Positions 30,170-42,647 of a DNA stretch of 64,000 nucleotides are shown here, in pieces. The stretch's first letter is position 1; the number at the start of each line of letters is the position of its first letter. A program made the position numbers and the translations under genes. The notes under the pieces were generated by a model that saw nothing but the letters and a program-made list of their open reading frames with translations, did not search any database and was not told the origin of the DNA. This DNA is from Bacteroidota bacterium (GTDB lineage: Bacteria; Bacteroidota; Ignavibacteria; UBA10030; JAZGDE01): the NCBI GenBank assembly GCA_036477295.1, contig JAZGDE010000046.1:13135-77134 (forward strand). The letters are read 5' to 3'.

Positions 30170-32347
30170 ATGTTTTCCTCTATAGATCTCAGCTTCAACG
30201 TTAACATTCTCCTCCTACTCCTGCTCGGAATCGTCTCGTTCCTGTTTTCGTTCTTCATCTACGCGCACACGGTCCCGCCCGTTCCACCCCGTCTCCGCTG
30301 GATACTTATCTCACTCCGAGCTTTGGGCGTTTTTCTGATCCTCGCCATCCTATTCGAACCTATTCTCAAACTCATCCATCGCGAGGAGAAGCCCCCGGCC
30401 ATCGTCATGCTCATCGATGACTCCAAGAGTATGGCGCTGACGGACCGACGCGGTCATCGTGCATCGACCGTTCAGGCGCTGCTGAAGAGCCCAGGACTAC
30501 AACAGCTGGGGGAAAAAGTCGCGGTCGAGCACGTCCACTTTGCACAGCTCACCCGATTCGTCGAGTCCCATCTCAACGATTCGCTCACGTTCGCAGGCGA
30601 CGCCACGAACCTCGCACAGGCCCTGACTGTTCTTGCGGAGGAATCGGAAGAACGGAACATTCAGGGGGTCATCCTGATCACGGACGGGAATTACAACGTC
30701 GGTCAGAATCCGCTTTATGCTGCAGAAACTCTCGGTAAGCCTCTCTACACCATCGGGATTGGTGATTCCTCCGAGCAAAAAGATCTCCTCATTTCAAAAC
30801 TCCTCACGAATAACATCGCTTATGTGGACAGTAAGATACCCGTATCGGTTACGATTAAGAGCTCCGGATTTGGCGGCGAGCGGGTTGAACTTTCGCTGGA
30901 TGAAGCCGGCAAGGTCATTGACCAGCAATTTCTGATCCTAAAAGAGGGAACCCAGGAATATTCCACCACCCTGTTTTTCACTCCCCACGAAGAGGGAATG
31001 AAAAAATACACTGTCCGGGTCTCCCATTTGGAGGGTGAATTGACGGTACAGAACAACATGCGCACGGTCCTCGTTAAAGTACTCAAGAGCAAGATCAAGA
31101 TACTCCTGATCGCCGGAGCACCCAGCCCAGACCTTGCGTTCCTTCGAAGGACTCTCGAGTCAGACCCGAACATTCAGGTTACGACATTCGTGCAAAAGTC
31201 TGCCAATGAGTTTTACGAAGGCCAGCCACCGAACTCAGTGTTTCAGGATCATGATGGCATCATCCTGCTCGGTTTTCCCCGGCAGGAATCTCCCTCCGGC
31301 GTGCTAGATCAAGTTCGACGAGCGGTTGATGAGGACAACCAAGCGCTGTTCGTCATCCTCACAAGGACAATGGACCTCGAACACCTTCGCTCACTGCAAC
31401 CCTACCTGCCCTTCACGGTTCAGCAGGTTCGCACGGAAGAAGTTGCCGTCCTGCCTTCTGTTCCCAAAGTCCACGAATTCCACACGCTCCTCAAGCTGCC
31501 AAGCGGGAGGAATCCTGTCGAGTTCTGGAACGCACTCCCACCTGTGTACAAAACTCAGTCGACTCTCCGTGCAAAACCCGAATCCGAGGTAATCGCATAC
31601 GTGCGCATTCAAAACCTCACCCTTCAGGAACCTCTCGTTGTTCTGAGAAAGGTGGCCCGCCGCAAATCGGTGGCCATCACCGGGTACGGCATCTGGCGAT
31701 GGAAACTGCTTGCCGAGAGCAGTTCCTCCGAGGAGGTGTTTGAACCGTTCATTGGCAACGTCGTGCGTTGGCTGACCACCCGCGAAGAGGAAAAGCAGGT
31801 CAAAGTCCGCACAACGAAGCAAATGTACAACGCGGGAGAACGAGTGGAGTTTACAGCACAGGTGTACGACGAACGGTACGATCCGGTCAGTGATGCCGAA
31901 GTCCGCGTGCGGATTCAGTCTGCGCCAGCTTTGTCGGCGGAGGAGGAATTCCTGCTCCGACCTATCGGAGAGGGACGGTTTGAAGGTGCTATCGAGAACC
32001 TGGGTGAGGGCGATTATAGCTATTCCGGTGTTGTATCCCTTGGCCGACGGCAACTCGGGGAAGATCGTGGAAGGTTTACGGTTGGTGAGCAGAATCTCGA
32101 ATTCCTCGCGACGCAGATGAATAAACCGCTGCTTCGGCAACTTGCCTACCAGACCGGCGGTCGATACTACGACCCCGAGGAGGTGGACAGCCTCGTCGAT
32201 CAGCTACTGCACAATGCCGACCTCGAGCCAAAGGAAATCGTCCGTTCCGATGAAATCGAACTCTGGAACCTTCAGCTTCTTTTGGGCGTAATCGTGCTCC
32301 TCTTTTCGACGGAGTGGTTCCTCCGCAAACGCAACGGGATGCTCTGA
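30170..32347 (+). CDS. von Willebrand factor A (vWA) domain membrane protein (BatA-like partner of MoxR)
   Basis: 725 aa. N-terminal TM helices, vWA fold (VMLIDDSKSM...ILITDGNYN), C-terminal TM. Confidence 0.7.
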   Translation: MFSSIDLSFNVNILLLLLLGIVSFLFSFFIYAHTVPPVPPRLRWILISLRALGVFLILAILFEPILKLIHREEKPPAIVMLIDDSKSMALTDRRGHRASTVQALLKSPGLQQLGEKVAVEHVHFAQLTRFVESHLNDSLTFAGDATNLAQALTVLAEESEERNIQGVILITDGNYNVGQNPLYAAETLGKPLYTIGIGDSSEQKDLLISKLLTNNIAYVDSKIPVSVTIKSSGFGGERVELSLDEAGKVIDQQFLILKEGTQEYSTTLFFTPHEEGMKKYTVRVSHLEGELTVQNNMRTVLVKVLKSKIKILLIAGAPSPDLAFLRRTLESDPNIQVTTFVQKSANEFYEGQPPNSVFQDHDGIILLGFPRQESPSGVLDQVRRAVDEDNQALFVILTRTMDLEHLRSLQPYLPFTVQQVRTEEVAVLPSVPKVHEFHTLLKLPSGRNPVEFWNALPPVYKTQSTLRAKPESEVIAYVRIQNLTLQEPLVVLRKVARRKSVAITGYGIWRWKLLAESSSSEEVFEPFIGNVVRWLTTREEEKQVKVRTTKQMYNAGERVEFTAQVYDERYDPVSDAEVRVRIQSAPALSAEEEFLLRPIGEGRFEGAIENLGEGDYSYSGVVSLGRRQLGEDRGRFTVGEQNLEFLATQMNKPLLRQLAYQTGGRYYDPEEVDSLVDQLLHNADLEPKEIVRSDEIELWNLQLLLGVIVLLFSTEWFLRKRNGML

Positions 32348-32524
32348 AACGAAACAGCCCATTCCTGAAGGGGCTGCGCCTCACCCACGCTTCCTAGGTT
32401 TCTGCTCTTGTGGCGTTTTCCGTGGTTCACCCTCACCTGTTGATCCACCGCCAGTGAGCTCCTCTTGGGAGCTCAGCAGATCTCATTGACCCTTCGGTTC
32501 ACGCGATAACTTCGCCTCAACGAG

Positions 32525-32660
32525 TTTTCCCGCTCCGACACGAAGTTCCCGCGGCGAAGCCCCGACGGCCGAAGGCCACTTCGTGGGGACTTCGTCCGTC
32601 CCTTCCCCGAAGGGGCCACTTCGTGGCGGGAAAGGGATCGCTTCGCGGGTGCGGATCTAC
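32525..32660. repeat. REP-like palindromic element cluster (repeated GAAGG(GG)CCACTTCGTGG and CACGAAGTTCCCGCGGCGAAG units)
   Basis: Lies just 3' of the gyrA stop. Inverted relative to the 30040-30125 element (cacgaagttcccgcggcgaag is the reverse complement of cttcgccgcgggaacttcgtg). Confidence 0.5.
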
Positions 32661-32700
32661 GGTCTACGACCTTGACGGGTCGAAGAGCGGTAGGGAGTTG

Positions 32701-35172
32701 TCAACCCGACTTCTCCTCGGTCTCTTTAAGCTTTGCCTCTTCGTTCTCCTCCGCAAGGACTGGTGCCACATCCGCCACCGTATCTCCCGGTTCCAATCGG
32801 ATCAAACGCACGCCCTGAGTGTTTCGCCCTGCCTCCCGGATGTCTGAGGCATGCTGGCGGATGATCATGCCACGCTCGGTCACGACCACAACGTCGTCGC
32901 TCTCCGTCACTTCCTTGATTGCTACCATCTTGCCGGTCTTATTCGTAATCTTCACGGTGATAATTCCCTTGCCGCCGCGATGGCTCACACGATAGCCCTT
33001 CACATCGCTCCGCTTGCCGAAGCCGTGCTCCGTTGCAACCAGCAATGTCGTACCGCTCTTCCTCAACGCCACCGCTCCGACGACCTTATCGCCCTTTTCG
33101 AGCACAATGGCACGCACGCCGGTCGCCGTCCGCCCCATCTGGCGTGCCTCCTTCTCGTGGAAGCGGATGGCAAGTCCGTTTCGCGTTCCGATGACGATGT
33201 GCTGCGACCCGTCCGTCATCTTGACATCAATCAGCCGGTCTGCCTTGCGCATGTTGATGGCGGCAATCCCGTTCCGACGCGGGTTCCCGTACTCCGACAG
33301 TACCGTTTTCTTGATCATCCCTTTCTCCGTCACCATCACGACATAGTGTTCATCGTCAAACTCCTGCACGTTCAAGAACGCGGTAATGTTCTCTTCGACA
33401 GTTTTTTGGATAAGATTAACGACGGACCGCCCGCGCGACATACGTCCCGCCTCCGGAAGCTCGTGCACCTTAAGCCAGTAGCATCGTCCAGCGTCGGTAA
33501 AGAAGAGCAGGTGGTCGCGCGTGGAAGCGATGAATATGTGCTCGATAAAGTCATCCTCGCGCGCCGCCACAGCTGTGACTCCCCTCCCGCCACGTCCCTG
33601 CCGTCGGTATCCACTCACCGGATAGCGCTTGATGAACCCCCCGTGGCTGATGGTAATAACCATGTCCTCTTCGGCGATGAGGTCCTCGATGCTGAACTCC
33701 TCTGCCTGCTTCACGATCTTGGTGCGCCGTTCGTCGCCGTACTTTTTCTTCAGGTCGACAAGCTCTCCCTTGATGATTTCCATTCGCCATGTCTTATTCG
33801 CCAGAATCCCTCTTAACCTCTCCATCAGTTTGATCGTTTCCTTGTATTCGTCCTCGACCTTCTGCCGCTCAAGACCGGTAAGCTTCTGCAGCCGCATTTC
33901 GAGGATCGCCTTCGCCTGCACTTCGGAGAGCTTGAAGCGACTCACCAACCCCGTCTTTGCCGTGTCGGGGTCTTTTGACTTCTTGATCAATCGAATGATT
34001 GCATCGATGCTGTCAAGCGCGACCTTATAGCCTTCGAGGATGTGTGCGCGCTTCTCGGCCTCCTCGAGTTCAAATTTCGTCCGCCGCACCACAACCTCGT
34101 GACGGTACTCGATGAAGTGCTGCATCGCCTCCTTCAGTGTCAGCACCTTCGGCACACCGTTCACGAGTGCAAGCATGTTTACGCCGAACGTTGTCTGCAT
34201 CTGGGTATGCTTGTAGAGGTTGTTCAGCACCACTTCCGGAGTGGAGTCGCGCTTCAACTCGACGACTATCCGCATCCCGTCACGGTCAGATTCATCACGG
34301 ATGTCCGATATATCCTCGATCTTCTTCTCACGCACCAAGTTGGCTATGTGTTCGATGAGCGCTGCTTTGTTGACCTGGTAGGGAATTTCAGTCACGACGA
34401 TCCTCATCCGGTCGTTCCGACCAGTTTCAATGATCGCCCGCGCTCGCACAAGGATTCGACCTCTCCCCGTCTCGAAAGCCTCCTTCACTCCTTCGTAACC
34501 GTAGATGATGCCCCCGGTCGGAAAATCTGGGGCTTTTACATATTTCATGAGCTTCTTCGAATCGAGGCTCACATTGTCGATCAGCGCGAGGAGTCCATCG
34601 ACAACCTCGTTGAGGTTATGCGGAGGGATGTTCGTTGCCATGCCGACTGCAATTCCGCTCGAGCCGTTCACAAGGAGGTTCGGAAACAGAGCAGGCAAGA
34701 TGGAGGGTTCAGTTAGCGTATCGTCAAAATTCGGGACGAGGTTGACTGTGTTCTTCTCAATATCCCGCAGCATCTCCTCAGCGATGCGACCAAGCCGAAC
34801 TTCGGTGTATCGCATGGCCGCAGGCGCATCACCGTCGACCGAGCCAAAATTTCCCTGACCGTCGATAAGCGGATACCGGAGTGAGAAACCCTGCACCATA
34901 CGGACCATCGTGTCGTAGACGGCCACGTCCCCATGGGGGTGGTACTTTCCGAGCACTTCTCCGACGATGCGTGCGCTCTTCTTGTACGGCCGGTTGCTCG
35001 CGACGCCAAGCTCGTACATGCCATACAGCACGCGCCGATGGACTGGCTTCAGCCCGTCACGAACATCGGGTAGAGCTCGCGCCACGATCACGCTCATCGC
35101 GTAATCGATGTACGAGCTCTTCATCTCCTCTTCAATGTCGACGGGAATTACCTTCTCGGTGATAGTTGCCAT
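32701..35172 (-). CDS. gyrA: DNA gyrase subunit A
   Basis: 823 aa. ...[14 protein letters not shown]... and GyrA C-terminal beta-pinwheel repeats. Confidence 0.95.
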   Translation of the reverse strand: MATITEKVIPVDIEEEMKSSYIDYAMSVIVARALPDVRDGLKPVHRRVLYGMYELGVASNRPYKKSARIVGEVLGKYHPHGDVAVYDTMVRMVQGFSLRYPLIDGQGNFGSVDGDAPAAMRYTEVRLGRIAEEMLRDIEKNTVNLVPNFDDTLTEPSILPALFPNLLVNGSSGIAVGMATNIPPHNLNEVVDGLLALIDNVSLDSKKLMKYVKAPDFPTGGIIYGYEGVKEAFETGRGRILVRARAIIETGRNDRMRIVVTEIPYQVNKAALIEHIANLVREKKIEDISDIRDESDRDGMRIVVELKRDSTPEVVLNNLYKHTQMQTTFGVNMLALVNGVPKVLTLKEAMQHFIEYRHEVVVRRTKFELEEAEKRAHILEGYKVALDSIDAIIRLIKKSKDPDTAKTGLVSRFKLSEVQAKAILEMRLQKLTGLERQKVEDEYKETIKLMERLRGILANKTWRMEIIKGELVDLKKKYGDERRTKIVKQAEEFSIEDLIAEEDMVITISHGGFIKRYPVSGYRRQGRGGRGVTAVAAREDDFIEHIFIASTRDHLLFFTDAGRCYWLKVHELPEAGRMSRGRSVVNLIQKTVEENITAFLNVQEFDDEHYVVMVTEKGMIKKTVLSEYGNPRRNGIAAINMRKADRLIDVKMTDGSQHIVIGTRNGLAIRFHEKEARQMGRTATGVRAIVLEKGDKVVGAVALRKSGTTLLVATEHGFGKRSDVKGYRVSHRGGKGIITVKITNKTGKMVAIKEVTESDDVVVVTERGMIIRQHASDIREAGRNTQGVRLIRLEPGDTVADVAPVLAEENEEAKLKETEEKSG

Positions 35173-35348
35173 AACCTTACTAGAGTTTTCCGCCGGGGTG
35201 TCTCATCAATCGTTTCTGGAGCTTCGATGAAAAGATCGGCATCCCTTGGTATCCTATTATCGTCTTTTTCAAGCGCAAGGATGCCAGGTCTGTACTTTTC
35301 CGCCCGCCTTGTCATTATCAGTGTATCATGCCAACCAAATTTGCGAAA

Positions 35349-37469
<2,121 letters not shown>

Positions 37470-37489
37470 CTAGGAGTACTCCTTAGCTG

Positions 37490-37834
37490 TTACCGAAAAA
37501 TGATGTCCTTCACGACTTCGTGCTTCATCACTGCGTTGATCTGCTTGAGAATGTCCCTCTTCCGCAGTGTCAACTCATTCCTCCACGTTGGCCTGTCAAC
37601 GTTGACGTAGAGCTTGCCATTTTCGATCCTCATCGCCTCGGCCCGACGCGCAATCCTCTCCCCGACAATCTCTGACCACTGCTGGACGATCCGTTCTTGA
37701 TCGTAGCGCTTCTTTAGCCCAAGGTCGTCGATGAGCCTCTGGATGATGGCCGCAACCGACTCAGGCTTCGGTCTCCTCATAACGGATGATTCCCCCGCTG
37801 AGACGAATTTCCTTCCAGTCTTCCTCGCCGTCAA
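37490..37834 (-). CDS. dciA: DUF721 domain protein (DciA-like, replicative helicase loader candidate)
   Basis: 114 aa. W..IVGERIA...GKLYVNVD..TWRNEL pattern. Canonical recF-DUF721-gyrB position. Confidence 0.65.
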   Translation of the reverse strand: MTARKTGRKFVSAGESSVMRRPKPESVAAIIQRLIDDLGLKKRYDQERIVQQWSEIVGERIARRAEAMRIENGKLYVNVDRPTWRNELTLRKRDILKQINAVMKHEVVKDIIFR

Positions 37835-38900
37835 TCAATTCCTTGAAGCGCACATGGTATCGGTACTCGTGATGAATGTTTGCCCCAACTTGTCCAGAAC
37901 CCCCAGCAGCCTTCGGGATCTTTCCAGGTCTAACTCACCGAACACATCATCGAGCAACACGAGAGGCTTTTCACCCAGGACCCCTTGCAGGTAGAGAAAT
38001 TCTGCAAGCTTCAGAGCAATCAAAAACGTCTTATGCTGACCCTGCGAAGCATAGCGCCGGATGTCAAGCCCATTGATCCGCAGATGGAAATCATCGCGAT
38101 GGGGACCCACCAACGTCGAACCGAATTTCCTCTCTTCCTCTACCCGCTCACCAAGCTCGAGTTGAAGGAGTTGCCCGATCTCTTCCGCCGTCAAACTCCG
38201 GTCAACCTCCTCGAATGGCACATAGGACAGCGCTGGTTCCTCGTCGAGCCCCATGAGCCAGCCGTATGTTTCCATGATGTGATTTCGAAATTCGCCAACA
38301 AACTGCAGACGCTGGGCAACGAGGCGGCTTCTGTACCTGACTAATTGCTCATTCCAGGATTCCAAGGCCTCGGGGCTCACTGAGCGTCCGGCCAAGCCAT
38401 TCGACAGCACTCTGTTCCGCTGCTTCACGACCTTGCGGTACTCGACGAGATCTGCACAATATCCCGCGCTCGCTTGGCAAATAACCAGGTCGACAAACCT
38501 TCGTCGTTCCGCAGGAGCTCCCCGCGTAATGCCACCCTGTTCGGGCCAGAGAATCACAGCCGGATACTTCCCGATCATCGATGACAGTCAGTCGACTCGC
38601 CCTCCGTTGACTCGCAAAAGCTTCTCCCTTCTGATGCCATCGAACCTCACATGAACGACGCTCTTTACTCCGCTGTCCGTCCGGAACTTTCCTTCGACTA
38701 CAAAATAATCCTTCCCGATGGACAGAACAACCGCATCGCTGTCCGCGCTGAAACTCCTCGTCAGCGCCAGAAAGGATATCGCCTCGAGCACACTTGTCTT
38801 GCCGGCCCTGTTCGGTCCGACGATGAGGTTTGCGCGTGGAGCCCACGCAAACACAGAATGCTCGTGATTGCGGAAGTTCTCGTAGGCTCGCTCTAAGGAT
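37835..38900 (-). pseudogene. recF: recF disrupted: in-frame TGA (38588-38590) after ~108 codons, and no start codon for the conserved N-terminal strand
   Basis: Minus-strand translation reads ...RVNGGRVD*LSSMIGKYPAVILWPEQ... in a single frame. Upstream of the first possible start (GTG 38854) the frame encodes SVESLERAYENFRNHEHSVFAWAPRANLIVGPNRAGKT, the conserved RecF N-terminus, with no ATG/GTG/TTG in frame. The ATG just upstream belongs to the dnaN C-terminus (..MPVRLNP*). Confidence 0.75.
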
Positions 38901-40005
38901 TCAACCGAACAGGCATCACAAGCATCAAGAACTCTTCCTGCTCTCTCTGCGATCCAGGCTGAACGAGCGCAGCGCGCGTCGACTCGCTGAACAGGAACAG
39001 CGCTTCGTCAGTATCGATGTGCGACAGAACATCAACGAGGTAAGCCGCGTTAAATCCGATCTCGAGCGGCTCGTAGTCATACTGGCACATCATCACTTCC
39101 CGCGCCTCTCCGCCGAAGTCGATATCCTCAGCGGAAAGCTTCAGCTCGTTTTTCTTCAACGAGAGTCGAACCTGGTGTGTAGTGAGACTCGAATACAGTG
39201 AGACCCGCCGGACCGATGCCAGCATGTCGTTCCTGTTGATCACCATTCGCTTGTCGTTGTCCTTTGGAATCACGCTCTCGTAGTTAGGATACTTCTCCTC
39301 GATTAAGCGCGAGATGAGCGTCGTGTTCCCGAACCGAAACATTACATGGGAATCATTGAGGAAAACGGTGAATGCCGATTCATCCGACGATTTCGCAATG
39401 ATGCTGAGCGCCTTTCCCGGTATCACGATGTCTTTCTCCCCATTTTTCAGGGGACTCTTCCGCTGGCTTAGCTTCACCAAGCGATGCCCGTCTGTCGAGA
39501 CAGCACACAGCTCGTCCTTCTTCATCTGAAATAACACTCCCATCATTGCCGGCCGGAGCTCATCCGTACTCACCGCAAACACTGTTTTACTGATCATTCG
39601 GCGCAGTATCTCTGCCGGCAACGTGATCTGTTCGTCCCCTTTAATCTGAGGTACGCTCGGGAACTCCTCGCTCGATTCACCAGTCAGTCGATACTCACCG
39701 GTCTCCGTCACGATCGTGACTTTGTTTGAAGGATCTGCAGTCAGCGTCACCTGCGTCTCCGGGAGTGCACGTACTGTCTCGACCACCCGACGCGCCGGCA
39801 CTGCAATCTTGCCGTCTTCGATACCCTTGACCTTGGTCGTGACCGACAGTGAAAGCTCGAGATCTGTCGCAGTAATCTTCAACTCGTCGCCTTCAAGCTC
39901 GAGCAGGAGATTTTCTAGGATAGGGAGTGTTGATTTCGATGGAACTACTCCACTTGTTTTGGAGAGTGCTTTTTGAAGTTCAGTGCTCGAAACGGTGAAT
40001 TTCAT
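38893..40005 (-). CDS. dnaN: DNA polymerase III beta sliding clamp
   Basis: 370 aa, DnaN three-domain pattern, MKFTVSSTELQKALSK start. Confidence 0.9.
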   Translation of the reverse strand: MKFTVSSTELQKALSKTSGVVPSKSTLPILENLLLELEGDELKITATDLELSLSVTTKVKGIEDGKIAVPARRVVETVRALPETQVTLTADPSNKVTIVTETGEYRLTGESSEEFPSVPQIKGDEQITLPAEILRRMISKTVFAVSTDELRPAMMGVLFQMKKDELCAVSTDGHRLVKLSQRKSPLKNGEKDIVIPGKALSIIAKSSDESAFTVFLNDSHVMFRFGNTTLISRLIEEKYPNYESVIPKDNDKRMVINRNDMLASVRRVSLYSSLTTHQVRLSLKKNELKLSAEDIDFGGEAREVMMCQYDYEPLEIGFNAAYLVDVLSHIDTDEALFLFSESTRAALVQPGSQREQEEFLMLVMPVRLNP

Positions 40006-40679
40006 CCGTTACCTCCTGTCTGGCCAGTTTGAAAAATCTAACCTTGAAATTTACGAATTTCATCCCCCAAATTCAAGCGCCGAAACTTGCTAACTCCAAT
40101 ATTTTCCAACATGTTATCCCTCCTGGCACTTCATCTTTAGCCTCCCATCACCCCAGACCACATTTATTATCCAGTCTGGACTGAATGTTGTTCTTCACAA
40201 GCATTCAGTTTCTATTCTCGCAGAGCTTTTAACTCCCCAAACATCTTATTCACCGATCACATTTGCCTCCTCCCAGCCGTTTGCTAACACACAGCAAGCC
40301 AAGACCACTTGCATTCTTTGAGAACAATATTGTACCGGCGAGTTTTGAACCAAACCACTTCATTATTGTTATAAGCCTTATAAAATGAAAAAGATTAGTA
40401 TTACTATTAGACCCGTGAGTATGTTAATAACTGTTTAATATTCGCGGATTTGACCGTAATGGTGGGAAATTTGTGTTCCTCATATAGCTAAAGAGTCTGG
40501 ATAATGGTCTTACTTTCCCACATCCGGATTGTGATTCCGATACGACAGGATTGTGAAATCAAGTTGTGAACAGTGTTTCTGGATCCTATTCACAACGTGT
40601 CAACAAGATACTGAGGGAGAAAACAAAGCCCAACCTTGGAAGGATGGGCTTCGCGTGGAAATGGATGAGCGCAAGCGGG
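40006..40679. promoter_or_regulatory. AT-rich 674-bp dnaA-dnaN intergenic region, candidate oriC DNA-unwinding module
   Basis: Markedly AT-rich relative to flanks (ttattgttataagccttataaaatgaaaaagattagtattactattag...). Degenerate DnaA-box-like 9-mers (ttatccagt, tattcacaa). No protein-coding ORF. Confidence 0.4.
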
Positions 40680-42155
40680 TTAATGGTAGAGCTGCAACCG
40701 TTTTTTGATGTCCTGGACGGTACGACTATAGCGTTCGTCCGTTTTCATCAGATCTTCAACGGACTGGTATGCATGGATGACCGTGCTATGGTCGCGTCCC
40801 CCAAAATGGAGGCCAATCGTTTTCAAGGAAGAGTTTGTCAGTTCTTTTGCGATGTACATGGCGATCTGTCGCGCGATTACGACTTCTTGTTTCCTGGTTT
40901 TTGCGCGAATGAGATCCTCGGGCGTGCCGAAATATTCGGAGACGGTGCGTTGAATATCTTCGATTGTCACATGGGCGCGGATGTCTCCGACAACGGTCTT
41001 CACGACGTGACGCGCAAGGTCGAGGGTGATCTCTTCGTTCTTGAGCGACGCGTGTGCCAGCAAGCCGATCAGGCAGCCTTCCAGTTCACGAATGTTGGAA
41101 GTCACGTGCGTTGCGATAAATTCGATGACGTCTTGCGGTAATTCAACGCCGTCATCCTCGGCTTTCTTCTGGAGGATGGCGATCCGGGTCTCGAGTTCAG
41201 GAGGCTGAATATCAGCGGTCAAGCCCCACTGGAATCGGGAAACGAGACGCTCGTCGAGGCCTTTCAGCTCCTTTGGCGAGCGATCACACGAGAGGACGAT
41301 CTGCTTCCCGAATTGGTGGAGAGTGTTGAACGTATGGAAGAAAATCTCCTGTGTTTTTTCCTTGCCGGCGAAGAACTGTATGTCATCGACGATCAGCAAG
41401 TTGATACTACGGTAAAAACTGGAGAACTCGCTGATGCGGTCGCTCTGGATTGCATCGACGAATTCGATCGTAAATTTCTCGCTGGACACGTAGAAAACTT
41501 TGTCCGCGCGTTGATGGTTTAGAGCATGGCTCCCGATGGCCTGGATCAGGTGAGTTTTGCCGAGTCCGACGCCGCCGTAGATCACGAGCGGGTTAAAGGA
41601 TGTTCCACCTGGGTTATTGGCGACTGCAACCGCAGCAGCGCGCGCGAGCTGATTACTGTCTCCTTTGATGAAGTTCTCAAATGTGTAGCGGGCGTTCAGG
41701 AAACTCCCGGTCGCTCTCCCGGCGAGCGCTGCAGGTGTTGGTGAAGTTGCCGGCGGGAGGGAATCCTTATGATATGTCGGCGGTGGACCGAGTACCTGTT
41801 TGGCAGATGGAATCGTGATCGCGTGTCTCGTAAGTTCGTCCGGGCCATCCTCTACCAGAACGGAGTACACGAGTCGGGCGTTTTCGCCGATGACCTCAGC
41901 AAGTGTCCTGTTGATGAGGGAGTAATAGTGCTCCTCCAGCCATTCGTAGAAGAATTGACTTGGTACTCGAATCGTGAGCTTATTATCCTCCAGTTTCAGT
42001 GGAACGGTTGATTCAAACCAAGTCTTAAAAGTTTGCTGGTTGATATTGTCTTTGATAATCGCTAGACATCGCGACCACACCTGCTTGACTTGGTTTTCAT
42101 TGAGTTGCTCGACCTTCCCGACTGCATCCAGTGCGGCATTCTCTTCTAGTTTCAT
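40680..42155 (-). CDS. dnaA: Chromosomal replication initiator protein DnaA
   Basis: 491 aa. AAA+ GGVGLGKTHL, DDIQF Walker B, C-terminal DnaA-box-binding HTH. Confidence 0.95.
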   Translation of the reverse strand: MKLEENAALDAVGKVEQLNENQVKQVWSRCLAIIKDNINQQTFKTWFESTVPLKLEDNKLTIRVPSQFFYEWLEEHYYSLINRTLAEVIGENARLVYSVLVEDGPDELTRHAITIPSAKQVLGPPPTYHKDSLPPATSPTPAALAGRATGSFLNARYTFENFIKGDSNQLARAAAVAVANNPGGTSFNPLVIYGGVGLGKTHLIQAIGSHALNHQRADKVFYVSSEKFTIEFVDAIQSDRISEFSSFYRSINLLIVDDIQFFAGKEKTQEIFFHTFNTLHQFGKQIVLSCDRSPKELKGLDERLVSRFQWGLTADIQPPELETRIAILQKKAEDDGVELPQDVIEFIATHVTSNIRELEGCLIGLLAHASLKNEEITLDLARHVVKTVVGDIRAHVTIEDIQRTVSEYFGTPEDLIRAKTRKQEVVIARQIAMYIAKELTNSSLKTIGLHFGGRDHSTVIHAYQSVEDLMKTDERYSRTVQDIKKRLQLYH

Positions 42156-42563
42156 GCTTTTGTCTCGGCTGAAAAACGTGAAAAAAGAGTCCCCACACCT
42201 GCAAACAACTTATTCACATGGGCAGCGCCATTGCCCTCGCTTGACCACTCTATGGCCAAATGGGAACTGACAACGTGGACACCCCTTGTTCACGAGAGCA
42301 AGTTATCTCTAACCTCTTAAACAATCTAGGGTTATGGGAGGAGGCTGAGCGGTTATCCACAAGGTATTGGCGGCGCGTGAAGGCCAACCGGCACGTCAAA
42401 ACTGCACCTTGAACAAGGCCCAAAAAGTAAGTAACATTTTATCAACAAACGATTTATGCCGTAATTCATACAGATTATACAAAGTTTCGGGTGTGTAGGC
42501 AAGGGAAAAATTTTTGTTTTTTTCGGTTTGAGTTGTATTTGTGGCACATTTTTTATATGTTGA
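42156..42563. promoter_or_regulatory. dnaA/rpmH divergent control region with DnaA boxes and AT-rich tract (oriC / dnaA autoregulation candidate)
   Basis: Perfect TTATCCACA at 42336-42344. One-mismatch boxes TTATTCACA (42204-42212) and TTATCAACA (42439-42447). AT-rich run 42450-42560. Confidence 0.55.
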
Positions 42564-42647
42564 ATGTCGTTCGGCGAGAGGATTGCTGCTAGAGCAAACC
42601 TCTTTTTTTTCGTCAAGGGAGTATTCAGTAGGAGATGCATATCACAG

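Noticed and set aside
32348-32372. Hairpin cagccc-attcctgaa-gggctg after the vWA gene as an intrinsic terminator
   Set aside because: The stem is short and is followed by cgcctcaccc rather than a T-run, so it is at best a weak terminator and was not listed as a feature.
38576-38600. In-frame TGA in recF as selenocysteine or recoded codon
   Set aside because: Other genes in the window use TGA as a stop (for example the gmk and ubiA ATGA/GTGA overlaps). No SECIS-like context is apparent, and RecF has no known Sec position. A nonsense lesion is the simpler reading.
38855-38900. ATG just upstream of the recF N-terminal region as the recF start
   Set aside because: That ATG is in the dnaN frame and encodes the dnaN C-terminus (...LMLVMPVRLNP*), not a recF start.
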